This document shows positions 39,891 to 51,999 of a stretch of DNA of 64,000 nucleotides, one piece after another. The DNA is taken from positions 579,607 to 643,606 of the forward strand of contig QPGO01000005.1 in the NCBI GenBank assembly GCA_008632985.1, read 5' to 3'. The notes under the pieces were generated by a model. It did not search any database, was not told where the DNA came from, and saw nothing but the letters and a program-made list of their open reading frames with translations. How positions within the stretch are numbered: the first letter of the stretch is position 1; every line of letters begins with the position of its first letter. Source of the stretch: Psammoneis japonica. Lineage: Eukaryota. A program made the position numbers and the translations under genes.

Positions 39891-41778
39891 CACAGGAAAC
39901 GAGAATCCACGGAATCGCACGGAATGTGCGCTTTTTCTCCTTATTCCGTTTGTTTATTCCGTAAAAAATGAGGCCTTTTTTCGCACTCCGTTTTGGACTT
40001 TTCTAAGGAACATGCCCTCATGTTCCAGATGGAAGTGTCAGCAATCGGAGTGCGATGGTCACACTCCGTTCCGATCACCAAGACAAGTGCGTTCCGTTTT
40101 CGTGCGGGGAGTGTGAACTTGAAACTGGAACGACCGCTTCATTCCGTGCACAGACTGAGGTCAGCGGATTTCATTTTCAACAATGTGCCATTTGTGCTGG
40201 CACAGAGCGTGTGTTGAGGCGAAAAATTGCAGCGAACATTGTCCACATTGGCCAATGTCACTGCTCCATTGTTTGATGCTCTCTGTTCATCCCTCTGTGA
40301 TGATTCAAGCGACCAGCATCAAGAGTGACGGTGAGATGTTTGACGCTGCAATGCTGCAAGACCGCATTGTCATCATGGCATGCATGTTGTTGTCGTCTTC
40401 GATCGTGGAAATTGTCATGTGGGACACTCATGTCTTCATTTTTATTTTGACTCGTTGTGCAGCAAAGAAGATGGTGCAATGATGACAGCCAAAATGTTCA
40501 ATTGACATTGGAGTGAGAGCCCCAAAAGGGTCGCACATTTTGTTCTTGTTTTGACATTGCACTGTGTTGTCAACAAATTGAGGACTTTTAAAACAAACAA
40601 TTCAAGTCACACATGTGAAGCAATTGTGTCGAAAACAAAGAAGAAAACACTCAACAACCACACGCTGATTCATTTGACAGCACGTGGAAAGACGTCGTTG
40701 AATTCTGCGTGACTTTGATTGCTCTGCAGAAGGTGCGACGATTTGTGCCAGAGGAGAGGATTCGCATCGCAGCCACATCTTCTCACACTTCTTCTCGTTC
40801 GCTCTCATAAAAAACGCAGCACAGCCGGCGGCAGAGTGCATCTGAAGCAACAACAGCAAACAACGGGAAGAACAACAGGATGAGTGAGTGGCACGATTTG
40901 TGACAATTGCAGCACACATGATGGCAAGTTGTGATGTGATTGTGCAGCACTTCAAAGGTCGTTTGCACTCACATTTTCTTCTCTCTTTTTGCTGTTGGGG
41001 TTTGTTTCCAGAGTCCAGAGGGTTCTGGTTCCAAGTGCGGCTGCTCTGCTGCTGAGAGAGTGGCGCCGCATCATCGACCGCTCTGGTTTTTGGCAAAAGA
41101 GACATCTGCACCCATCAACGGCCCACAAGTGCAAGCTTCATTTTGCTTTTTCTGTCACATTGAAGGCGTTGCTCACTTTTGACTTTGTCACATGTTGCTC
41201 ATGTTCAGGAAAGGTTGAAGTGCCCCTTGTCATCCATTGGGCACCCAAGATGATCAAAAGAAGGAATGCATCATTCTGAGATTCGGCTGAGTGGTGCAGC
41301 AAAGCGATCGGTCGTGCAAATGCAGGCAGAGCACCAGCGTGGGTGGAGCAGGAGTTCTCACTGTGCAATGGAAATGCAGCAGCACAACAACCCCATTTTA
41401 GAATTTCACTTGATTCCGCAACGTGTTCCGCATCACAAGCTCTAGAGACAACATGCCACATTCTGACCACAACACGGAAAGTGAAGCTGTTGCATTCCGT
41501 GTCATTGGTTGAGCGAAAGGAATCCACAAACGGAATGTGGCAAAAGGAACAGCAAATGGAATTTAAAATAAATGGCCTCTTTCTAACAAACGAAATGGTG
41601 AAACGTAACATGCAAATTGCGTCTTGGGTGCGGAATGAGCACATGCGTCGGAATGTGATGCGGATTTTGATGAGGCTTTTTTCGTTTTGCACCGTGTTAT
41701 TCACATTCCGTTTTGAGGCTTTTCGCGACGGAGTCGCGCACACATTCCGTGCGATTCCGTGGATTCTCGTTTCCTGTG
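39891..41778. mobile_element. Non-autonomous TIR element (MITE-like, 1888 bp), CAC termini, TA target duplication
   Basis: Perfect 38-bp TIRs: CACAGGAAACGAGAATCCACGGAATCGCACGGAATGTG at 39891-39928 and its reverse complement at 41741-41778. TA on both sides (39889-90, 41779-80). Many subterminal ATTCCG/CGGAAT copies. Confidence 0.93.
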
Positions 41779-42010
41779 TATAGTGGGAGAGAGCTACTCC
41801 TACTGGCCATGTCCTACCAGGTAGTAGCTAGCTAGCTAGAGTAGTAGCTTGCTAATCTCATTTTTAAAAGGAGAGGGCAAAATACGAATGAAACATAGAT
41901 TGCATGCTGTTTCTTACTCTGATATAGCAACACTTACATTTGCAAGAACTGCTCCCTGCCACTAAGAGCCAATCGTCGTGCTCTGATAAAAAAGCGTTCT
42001 GATAAAACCC

Positions 42011-44279
42011 TTAGTCTTGGTTGCGAACCGACCGTGGAATTGTGATGACATAATCTGATGGATCGGATTGGTCCATCTTCATGAGAAGAAAAGATCCGAG
42101 GTCCTTGCGATTGGCTCCTGTTCTAGCATCTTCGATCCACATCTATCGGTATGCAGCGGTAGCACGCAAAGCAGGCGCAGTGTGTCGTGAGTCATCGCAC
42201 ATTAAGGCACAGATGGCCAGCATGAAGCCTTAAGAAAGCACTACTGGAGCGAGCCCAACAACTTACCAGTCCATCACATTGTAGTAGTTTGTCATAGCTT
42301 GACTTTATTTCATCAAGTTGTTCGTTGGCTTGTTCTAACATGGGGACTCCGAAGGAAGATCTCGTGGTTGGTCGTGACGATGGCATCATGAGACGTGTCA
42401 CATCTCCCTCCATGACAAGAATCCTTTCCTTGGCCGGAGGTACGACCAAACGAATACGCAGTTTTGCTCTTGAATCAGCAGATTCCTCGTCCTCTTCGTA
42501 GTTTTTCCACGTCCCTCCTGCTGCCTTGTGCATCATTTCACGATCAAGAATAGGTCCGCCGAAAGTCGTGCCATCCACTCGAAGGATAATGTTGTCACTC
42601 TTACTCTCATCTATTTCTCCATTTGTCAATTCCAGCTCAGATGGGATTGGTGAAGAGACAAGATTCCAAGCCCCAATAAATTCCTCTTCAGAAGGAATGC
42701 GTGGCAAAGACGTATCGCCCTTTTCTGAAGTAGTGCCGCTGGAATCTTCGCCTCGCTCGGCTGCACGACGCTTCTTGTCGCGTTCCTCGCGGTACTGTTG
42801 AAAAACTGGGTTTTCGTCCATGGGCGGTGGCTTCGTCGTTGGTTTGGACATAGTTCGAGCCTTGACGCTTTCCCGATCTTCAACAGCACGACGAATACGT
42901 TCCCTCGTCCACTCATCCAAAACTACTTCGTCTTGTTTACTGCTAGATGCTTCGATAGTGTTTGCTTTCTTCTGAGAAGTATCCTCCTCAGGATCGACAT
43001 TGTCAGTATCTATAATGGTGCCGTCGACTGGAATCGTTGCAACAAGTCCATCATCGTTCGGGGGCACGGCTTCTATGTTGGCAAACGCCGATTCGAGTTG
43101 TTCCCGTGCTTCCTGGACCGTCGAATCAGGAATGTCGTCGTCGTTGACAACTCCAGAAACTTCCTTTTCTGTCTCTTCCATGCGTGACTTTTGATATGCC
43201 TCATCCCGTGCCTCATCTTGTGTCAGTGCTGCATTGCCCTGAGGCAAGTCGACCGTTTCGTGCGCAACATAAAAGGCTCGCTCTTCATTGTCGTCGTTGG
43301 ACGACCTGGCATAAACACCGACTTGTCCGAGTCGAACATGCTCACCAAAGACATCATCCCACCACTGACACCAAAAAATTGGAGAAATTCCATTGCCGCC
43401 CTGTTCGGGTTTACGGTATATCTCTTCCTCCTCAATGGGCGGTAGCATTTCCTGATAGTTGCTTGGCAACCGCATAAAGGGAATCCTCGGTCTCCAATCA
43501 CCGGAATTGTTTTCTTCATCGGGTGGCAGTGACGTTTTGTACCCCAAGGCCTCAACTTCTCTTTGAATCTCTGCATGCAAATCCTGTAAAACTCGAGTCT
43601 GCGGATCGTTTTCCTTGGCGGCTGTAAGAAGCACGTCGTTGTCCTCTCCCTCGATTTGAAGTTTTTCAAACGTCAGAACCAACGGACGGTATCCACTAGC
43701 GTTGGGGCCCCTCATGACTTCAGCCTCTTCATCCATTGGACCCATTAGATTTTCGTCTTGAATGATATTAATACGCTTCTCCACAACGCGCTTCACGATT
43801 TTGTGCAGTTCTTGTGTCACAACGTCGGGCTGTGCGGTGTTCTGCTTTCCATTCTTGTATCGTGCATAGACATTAAACATTGGTAATCTCGTCATGGCGG
43901 GTACAATAGCGGATCTAATCAGCGTAGGACAGTGATGAATTACGGCTCGCTGAACCGATTCTAATTGAAGCAGCAATCCGTAGTTCTCCGACATGGGAAT
44001 TCCAATCATGTGAGTAGGTTCGTCGCTGTTGTCGTTTTGCTTGTCTAGAAACGACGCCATGTATCCAGGCATTTTACTTTTTCCCTTGCTGTTGAATGTC
44101 ATGTCCTGTTCGTCATTTTCGTTTATTTCTGCAAATAATCTGCAACTTCTTCGCTTTGGCCTCGCAGAACCGTGAACAAAAGCCTCGATCGGTTCAAGTT
44201 TGATCAGAAGCAACATGGTAACAGCGCTTCTCAGCCAAAAGTTACTCTGCGCTCTCTTTGATGATGAACTTCGTCTCAT
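42011..44279 (-). CDS. Hypothetical protein, probably plastid-targeted, possible AKAP7/2H-phosphoesterase-like N-terminal domain
   Basis: 707-aa ORF with a hydrophobic leader ending IEA-F. PTHMIGIP and PRIPFMRL are reminiscent of 2H motifs. A 3' intron from ~42265 leads to the last exon WIEDA...RNQD with TAA at 42011-42013. Confidence 0.65.
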
Positions 44280-44538
44280 GGTTTCTATTCTTCTAGTAAA
44301 TACAGGTGTGTACATGCAAGTTCGGCACTTGTTGCAACTGAATCACAAAATTCAGAAAAAATGATGGGTGGCGGGGGGGGGGGGGGGGGNGGGGGTGACG
44401 AAGATAACGGAGCTCGGAGCGCGCGGGCGACGTCAACGTGGTACGTATGTATGTCCGTCCATCATCCCGAGTCGTCCGTCCTCCCCACCCGCACCCCACA
44501 CACCTCTTTATTTCTCGAAGTCGCAACCGACGTCGACC

Positions 44539-46461
44539 ATGGCGTCCTCGGCGGCCGCAGCAACGACGGCTCGCCCAACCAGTAAATGGAATGAAATGTG
44601 GGAGAATTTTCAGGATCAATGGCGTCGCCTGGATGAACTCGAGGATCGTATGGACGAGTCCTCCATGAGAAAGCGTCGACGCGTCGCCAATTTGTTGGAT
44701 GAAACATCGACACACCGATTGTCGCATCTCCGGCTCTTCGTTACGCACCATGTGACTGACACTTCCAAAATGGTGCCGTCTCCTTCGCCCGTATGGACAC
44801 TTGTTGTAGAAGGAAGGCTGCTAGTGGGACATTTGGATCACGACAGTGTGGCGAGAGTCGAGCGTGAGGCTGCAGAGGCGGTAGGTGCGACGCTCCCAGA
44901 AAAGGAGACAACTCAAACCGGAGAAGCAGCTACCGTGGCAGGCTCAACCGACAAGGCAGCAGCTACACTACCTCCAAATGTGGCTTCGGCTGTGGCAGCT
45001 GTGGGTGGATCAACTTCAGCTTCCAATACGAATACCGCGCAGCAGCAGCAACAACAGAAAACCGTTCTAGTTCGTTCAACGGATCGCTCTCTGTACCGTG
45101 GACACGGGGAAAAAGAAGATCCGCCTGTGGAACCGATAAGGTTTACACATTTTTTTGATAAGATGAAAGTTACCTTCCAGACTATCCATCAGCCACGCCC
45201 ACCTCCATCAAGTGCTGGCGCTGCCGGTATGGCAACACCACCTGCAAAGAAGCAACGAGGCAAGAGCAAACGCAAATCAGAAGGAAAGAAATCGGCTTCA
45301 AGCGCTGCCGCAGAGCAGATGCGAACTTTAAAGTCCTTAACGACGGATACAGAGCCCATTAGCATGGTGTGGAATCGACAGGATTCTTCAGACTCGCACG
45401 CGTTTCATGTCAAGTATCAAGAACCACCGAAACCGCAAGGCAAAACTACGCATTCTGTAGTTGCAACCATTGAACTCTATCCTCGTCCAGGCCCTGACGT
45501 TCGGTATCAGCCATCTGCATCGTTGGCCAAGGCGCTCTTTCCTCAACACGAAGAATGGGTCGACCCCGAAGAGAAGAAGCAAAAGAAGCGGCGGCCTGAC
45601 ACTCCGACGCAAGAAGGAAAGCGGCAACGGATTGTCACTGACAATGACATTGTTGTGCAACCGTCCTTGACCATGAAAGAGATTGTATCAGCTATCTTCC
45701 TCTATGTCTCTGACAAGAAACTGTTGGATGAATCGGACCGGAGCATTATTGTCAATGATAAGGCACTCACGGATTTGTTTGGTGTGGAACGTATGAGCTT
45801 CTTTGAATTGCAACAAAGGCTCAAGTCACAGAATCTAATCACACCGCTTTTAGGTGATGCCGACGAAACCAAGAAACCCATTGTCTTGACCTATGTTATG
45901 AACAAGGACACTGCGTCAAGCCTTGCTGGTGAAGACACAGAAAAGGATGATAATGACGACTCTGAAGCCAATGGCCAGCAAAGCTCCATTATGACCTTTG
46001 ACACCAGTATTTACGTTTGTGGCTTGTTTCATTCCCGAGTCAGGGAACTGATGCGTCGCATTAAACTTCGAGAGTTTGAATACACATCTTCCCGAACTCG
46101 GGCTCGTAACATGTTGGCCACATCACGTTTGCTGGCGCCGCAAGAAGACATGTTGGTCAAGGCGAGAATCGAGCAGGCTGTCTGTGGTCGGGGATACACC
46201 ATGGACCACGTTCCCGTTTGGTTGGCCTTGGCCAAGGCGTCACCGCCGCAAAGTGAAGCACGGGCCGTGGCCTTGAGTGACGCAAGAACGTGCGTCTTGC
46301 TGGATCGATTGCAAGATCACATTCAAGCTGCCAAGAATGCCTGGAGTGTTGTGGATGCAATCACTGCTAATAGTGGTCAAGAACAAGGCGAAAGGAACAA
46401 GGGAGAGGAGTTGGTTCCGCCAGCTCAAGATCAGAACGAGGGCCCTATGGATGTAGAGTAG
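44539..46461 (+). CDS. SWI/SNF complex subunit BAF60/SMARCD-like (SWIB domain)
   Basis: LRLFVTH, WTLVVEGRLL and RFTHFFDK, then the SWIB domain TMKEIVSAIFLYVSDKKLLDESDRSIIVNDKALTDLFG. Confidence 0.8.
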   Translation: MASSAAAATTARPTSKWNEMWENFQDQWRRLDELEDRMDESSMRKRRRVANLLDETSTHRLSHLRLFVTHHVTDTSKMVPSPSPVWTLVVEGRLLVGHLDHDSVARVEREAAEAVGATLPEKETTQTGEAATVAGSTDKAAATLPPNVASAVAAVGGSTSASNTNTAQQQQQQKTVLVRSTDRSLYRGHGEKEDPPVEPIRFTHFFDKMKVTFQTIHQPRPPPSSAGAAGMATPPAKKQRGKSKRKSEGKKSASSAAAEQMRTLKSLTTDTEPISMVWNRQDSSDSHAFHVKYQEPPKPQGKTTHSVVATIELYPRPGPDVRYQPSASLAKALFPQHEEWVDPEEKKQKKRRPDTPTQEGKRQRIVTDNDIVVQPSLTMKEIVSAIFLYVSDKKLLDESDRSIIVNDKALTDLFGVERMSFFELQQRLKSQNLITPLLGDADETKKPIVLTYVMNKDTASSLAGEDTEKDDNDDSEANGQQSSIMTFDTSIYVCGLFHSRVRELMRRIKLREFEYTSSRTRARNMLATSRLLAPQEDMLVKARIEQAVCGRGYTMDHVPVWLALAKASPPQSEARAVALSDARTCVLLDRLQDHIQAAKNAWSVVDAITANSGQEQGERNKGEELVPPAQDQNEGPMDVE

Positions 46462-46596
46462 GGAAGATGTCACTGTTAACATTAAAGGCTAATCCTTTTC
46501 TTATTATGCGTGTGTCGCACAAGAATGACAAATAACATAGAAACAAATCTCGTAGCTCACATCGAGATCCATGTTGCAAGAAGCAATGCCGCCTTT

Positions 46597-48700
46597 CTAA
46601 GGTTCTTCTACGTCCACGGAAACCTCTGGTTCTTCGTTAGGCATTGCTTGCTCCTCCCCAGCTGGGGACTCTTCGGTTGGAACTTCGTTCTTTGACGACT
46701 TCTTTCCCCGCCGGGAGGAGCTGTCTTCCGAGGATCTCCTCCCGCGACGAGAAGAGCTGTCGCCAATTGACATCCTACGCTCGGTAAGCTCATCCACGTG
46801 TTCTTTCCTGGCGGATCCATGGTCGTATTCATAAGCAGCACCCTTGTGGCGACTAATGTCCATTCCTACCTCTTCCTCGAGGGGGTCGATGCGAAGACAA
46901 CCAGCGCGATTGAGGCACCAGAAGTAGACTCCCATAACAATAAAAGTCCAACCAAAGATAAAGAGGATAGCAAGGAGCTGGATTCCAAGAAGGGTGAAGT
47001 TGCCTAAGTTTTGAGGGAGAAACAAGAGGTAAGGCGAGGTTTGGCACAAATCATTTCAAGAAGACTTTCCCAAGTTGAATTCTCACCCGATCCCCTTCCC
47101 CACTCATAGAACCATCCAATGTTGTCATCGGTATCGTAGGCCGCAAAGAGGCGGTTCGCGTTAGTGAAAAGGCCTGTGGCAACCACGCCCCAAGCACCGC
47201 CAACCATGTGAACAGGAATCGCATCAACGGCATCATCAATCTTCCACCTGACGAGAAGGCTTGATCCAAGTAGGTAAAACCAGCCAGAACAGATACCAAT
47301 CACAACCGCTGCCCAGGGTTCGACAGTAGCACAACCGGCCGTGATCCCGACGAGTCCTGTTAGGCAACCATTCATGGTTTTTCCCAGGTCGTACGTTGCA
47401 ACTCCCGTCCTACAGGAAAAAGACAGACATCAATATATATTTGTGAGGAACGATTTCCTCGTTAGTACAACAAAATACAATAGTACTAGGTAAACTCACC
47501 TGCGCTCGTCGATCAAAGTACTGGTAAACATGGCAGATGCTGCGCCAGCACAAGCTGAGAGCGTGGTGTTGACGGCAACAAGCGAAGCAACGTTACCAGA
47601 GTTCTCGTCCGAAATTCTGAGTACCGAACCAGGGTTGAAACCGTACCAACCAAACCACAGACAAAAGGTTCCCAAAAACTGCATCCAGAGGGGTGTGCAA
47701 CAACGGCCTCATGATGTGAGTACTCGGTATGAAACAGATCGCTCTTCACCAGTTTCTTACGCGACATACCTGAAGTGCGACAGAATGGGGAGGAAAATCG
47801 TAGGGCTCGTCCAAAGGAACACCGTTTCTGTCGTGGAACCGACCCATGCGGGGACCGAGAATGATGGCAGCGACCAAGGCTGTGACACCACCCGTCATGT
47901 GTACTGGTCCGGAGCCGGCAAGATCAATGGCACCCGATCCCCACAGAGGATCGGCGGTTGTTGGAGAAAGAAATCCATTAACTGACCAGAAAGCATGCGC
48001 CACCTTGTGGGGACACAACCGAAGTAAAAACAAATCAGAAGAGAAACAAAGAGACTTTAGCGATTCTTGGCTTCAAGGTACTTACCACTGGGTACACAAA
48101 TCCAACAAGGAAGACGGAGTAGAAGAGGTAGGCTTTCATCTGGCATCGCTCTGCGACGGTACCAGCGACAATAGAGGAAAGGGCACAGGCAAAGGCAAAC
48201 TGGAAGAACCAAACCTCATAGTTGACCGTGTCGGTGTTCATAAGGAAAAAGTTGGTGTTGCCGATGAAGGTCTTGCCTTTCGTGATGTCGTCACCTCCAT
48301 AGGCAAAGGCATATCCACACGCCCAGAAAGCGAGACCACCGCCGCAAGAGTCTAAAAGGTTCCAGAGAAGGACGTTCTTTACGTTTTTGGCTCGAATGGA
48401 TCCGGCGCAGAGCATGGCAAATCCGGTTTGCATGAAGTACACCAGCGCACCAGCAAAAATGAGGAAGAAGGTGTCAACTCCACTGGCTAAGCTTTCGAGT
48501 TCGGTCGAAAACACCTACAATAGTGTGATGAAAAATGAAATGAACAATCAGTGTGATTGCGAAGCGTGAAACGGAATGCGACGGAAGGAAGCAAAACTCT
48601 ATTCTCTCACCTGCGATTGGCCTTCAGAAATACAATTCAAGAGGCCGTCCATATCTTGTTCCGGATCGAACTCGGCTTTGCATGCTTCGTAGATTGACAT
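46597..48700 (-). CDS. AMT: Ammonium transporter (AMT1-type), multi-exon
   Basis: FMQTGFAMLCAGSIRAKNVKN, WFFQFAF, DLAGSGPVHMTGG, LWFGWYGFNPGS, NGCLTGLVGITAGC and IDDAVDAIPVH across GT-AG separated exons. Confidence 0.95.
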
Positions 48701-49735
48701 GATATCGAAGAGAAGCTAAGGGATGAAACGTGTCTTGGAGGGTTTTATATCAATGTGAAAAGATGTGTTGCAAGATGCATTAGAATTTTTTTATGAGAAG
48801 AATTGAGTGGTGGAACTTTTGCCTTCCAAAGAATTTTCGGAGGGTTCTCAACCGGAGAAATGTGATTGGTTGCAGACACACTTTCACGATCTTTGAAAGT
48901 TCAATCTTGTGTCACCTCATCGAACTCCACGCAAAATGTGAGGGAGGAGTTCTCATTTTTTGACAGTCACTCTTGAACTGCAACGGTACATAAGGCGGAG
49001 AACAATTGGTGACGTCGAACCTGAATGCAAATACACCCCCTTAACTAATTATATGCACTATTGAATACCAATATACCCATAAATAAGAAATATTGTAAAA
49101 TATCCATGCTCGAATGTAAGCTAGTCGAACGATTCAACCTAGCGGTAATGTATGTATTATTTTTACCCTGACTTTGCTACGGTATGTTTTATGTTTTAGA
49201 GTTCAGAGTACCCCTACTCTAGTAGAGAGTAGCTAGAGAGTAGGTCCTCTCTAGCTAGAGAGTACCGGTAGCTAGAGAGTAGGGCCCTAGTCCTACATAC
49301 TCATAGTCGCAGCAGAGGGCTATACCACACTTTACTACGAGTACCAAACCAAAACCGTAACTCTAGCTAGAGTGTATTATAAGAGTGCTACCCTACATCA
49401 TTTTGGTTTGGTGATGCTGTAGGTAGCACCTATGTTTCAATCATGACCAGTTTATAAACTATAAGTACCAGGTAGAGGATCAAGCACATTGCAGCGCCAT
49501 GGCGGAAAAGATTCGTGTAGGGATGATTAACAGCGCTCATCTGCATTGCCAGTCGACCTCAGGAAGAAGTGGGACTGCAACTGCCCAGCAAGGAATCTCT
49601 TGATTATTCGGAGAAAGAAATCCAAGTATAAACGCACACTCTGTAAAGCACAAGCCAAGGGGAGCGGCTCGCAAAGACAATGAAGGTGAAAATGCCAAAC
49701 TAAGTTAGTCCTCAGACGTACGTAAAAGCTTTGTG

Positions 49736-51520
49736 CTAGCATTCATACAATTCGTCATCTTCCATTGTAAGAGGCGTTTCGGAGCGAGGAAGTGCGAGCG
49801 ACCGAAGTACATCTATATGATCGTCAAAGGAAACAGTGACGCTTCTGGCTGATAGTACTGCTCCAGAACCTGAATCTCCCGGAGTGTCGGCAGGCGCCAA
49901 CTCGTGTTCATTCATATGCCTAGAGTCAAATGTGACAACAAAATCGTCATGAGACTCCGTCTCAACAGGTGAATCCAAACCAAAAGCAACGTCGTGTTCC
50001 GTTGACGAGGAGCCGCAAAGTGAAGGAGGTAGATCGAACCCGTCTTTGGTATCTGCACGTTCAATGGATTCATCATCCAGCTTTAACAGCGAGCCTTCCT
50101 TTTGATGCACTTCGTGTGTATCGGGCTCATGATGAGACATCGAGAAAAAGTTCTTTACGCGGGAGCCCAGTTTTTCCTCGCCATGCTTAGAAGACATGAC
50201 TGGTGATACTCTTCGTCCTCGCTCTGTGGGTGTCCCAAACGTCAACGGCTTGTAGTTCCTCTTTTGCGATGGTGAATTTGTTTTGATTGACGGAGAAACT
50301 GCCCTCGCAACTCCTGCAATTTTGTGTGCTTTGCATTGACTGCGTTGTGGTGGACGAGACAAGGCCGCTGTTGTCCAAGACTTTTTCACTCCACGGGAGC
50401 CAGTTTCTCTTGAAGCTGATTGCTTGGACCATTGTACGTCGCCATCTTTCTTCTCTTCGATGTAATTCTTTCCAGATGCGTTTCTTGTCGGAACAGTATC
50501 AAAAGAGGTATCATTCATCGACAGATTCTCATCGGAGATTGTTTCAATAATCCCTGGTCTTGCATCTCCGGCAACATAATTTTCCTGTATATCTTTGGTA
50601 ATATCATCCGACGGCGTTTCTTTCCCGATCTCAGGCTGTGCGACCTTGGCTTTTGTCAATTGCTGCTCATGGATCTGAAGCGCACCCGCAACATATTCTT
50701 CCACCGCACGCAGCATCCCACTTCGCAAGGCCAGGCCCTCTTGCAGTTGAGATTTCGCTTGTTCGCTACGTAAGATCTTCACCTCTCTTTTCAAGACCTT
50801 TCTCTCTGCGTTAAGTCTCTCAACCTGCTTTTCGAGGGATTTGTTTTCTTTGTAGAGTCGCTTGACTAGGCGCTCTGCTTTTTCGGCGCGATTAGTGGCC
50901 GTTTGTTCCGACTTGTGAGCGGCTTGAACATCTTGCACCAAATCACTAGCTTCCCGAGACACCAAGCGGACATTTTCATTCACCATGTGAGCAGCATGAC
51001 TTAGACTCATCAAATCCACCCCTACCTCAGTTCCTTCCAGCTGGTGACTGATGATCAATATCTTTTGATCGTAGTCGCTTCCGTGTGATTGAAACGACGA
51101 TGAGCACGACGGAATTTGGTTCTGTTGCGATTCCTCATTGTTGCTGCTACGGGTTGAAGCGACAGAGCCTTGGTCTTCCTCTGATACGAAGCCTGCAGCA
51201 TGGCTATGACTCTGTTTGATTTGTCGCGTCACGAGGCGCATCCCTTGGGCTAAATGTCGAAGAGTCTCAAGTGCTTCGTTTCTTTCCCAACGGGCGACCT
51301 CGAGTTCTTCTTCCAGATTTTCTTCTCGGCTATCAGGCGATATTTGCACCGGTCCCGAGTCATGCTGATGGTGAGACGTTCCAACCATCAGTTGCGGTAC
51401 ATCCTTCTCCTCTAAGTAAGAAGAAAAGGAGCCCATGGAGCTTCCAGTCATTGTGCGAAATCGAGGCGGGTGATCACCATCGGTGTCCGCCGACCGCGTA
51501 GCTAATGACTGCTCTTCCAT
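49736..51520 (-). CDS. Hypothetical coiled-coil protein
   Basis: ~595-aa open frame of normal composition with a heptad-rich segment (AERLVKRLYKENKSLEKQVERLNAERKVLK). Confidence 0.7.
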   Translation of the reverse strand: MEEQSLATRSADTDGDHPPRFRTMTGSSMGSFSSYLEEKDVPQLMVGTSHHQHDSGPVQISPDSREENLEEELEVARWERNEALETLRHLAQGMRLVTRQIKQSHSHAAGFVSEEDQGSVASTRSSNNEESQQNQIPSCSSSFQSHGSDYDQKILIISHQLEGTEVGVDLMSLSHAAHMVNENVRLVSREASDLVQDVQAAHKSEQTATNRAEKAERLVKRLYKENKSLEKQVERLNAERKVLKREVKILRSEQAKSQLQEGLALRSGMLRAVEEYVAGALQIHEQQLTKAKVAQPEIGKETPSDDITKDIQENYVAGDARPGIIETISDENLSMNDTSFDTVPTRNASGKNYIEEKKDGDVQWSKQSASRETGSRGVKKSWTTAALSRPPQRSQCKAHKIAGVARAVSPSIKTNSPSQKRNYKPLTFGTPTERGRRVSPVMSSKHGEEKLGSRVKNFFSMSHHEPDTHEVHQKEGSLLKLDDESIERADTKDGFDLPPSLCGSSSTEHDVAFGLDSPVETESHDDFVVTFDSRHMNEHELAPADTPGDSGSGAVLSARSVTVSFDDHIDVLRSLALPRSETPLTMEDDELYEC

Positions 51521-51999
51521 TTTCCTCTCTAGGACTCTCGAAATAGAAATTCCCAACAGAAAAGAGGGCGGTGAGTTCGCCCCTGACTGCAACTAACTTT
51601 ATGTACTGAACGAGGAACGCTTTTCGTTGATGTTTGGCCTTGAGCATTGAGATCGGCAGCTCACAGAAGCAACATGCTCCTCCAGTCCAGACCCGACCGC
51701 GGCGGACCACACAATTCACAATTTTAACGTTTCATGTGGATCACAGACCGAAAAAATAACGGCATGTGGATTTGTACACCGAACATATGACAAACACCGT
51801 TGAATTATCATGACTTAAAATTGATAGTGAGAAATCAGTTGAATATGGCTTATGCGTTGGATAAAAATTTTGCAATTCTTTTAATTAAAACGATTTTATA
51901 TACAGGATTGAAACAGACTATGTACACATGAATTACTTAATACGTTTAATTAGAAGTAAAAGTTCTCTTCGAGAGAGTGTCCAAAACTATATTTTATGC

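Noticed and set aside
44373..44396. Poly-G tract as a G-quadruplex, and ORF 44368 as the BAF60 start
   Set aside because: The tract contains an N, so it is probably an assembly join of unreliable length. ATG 44539 is the more credible start.
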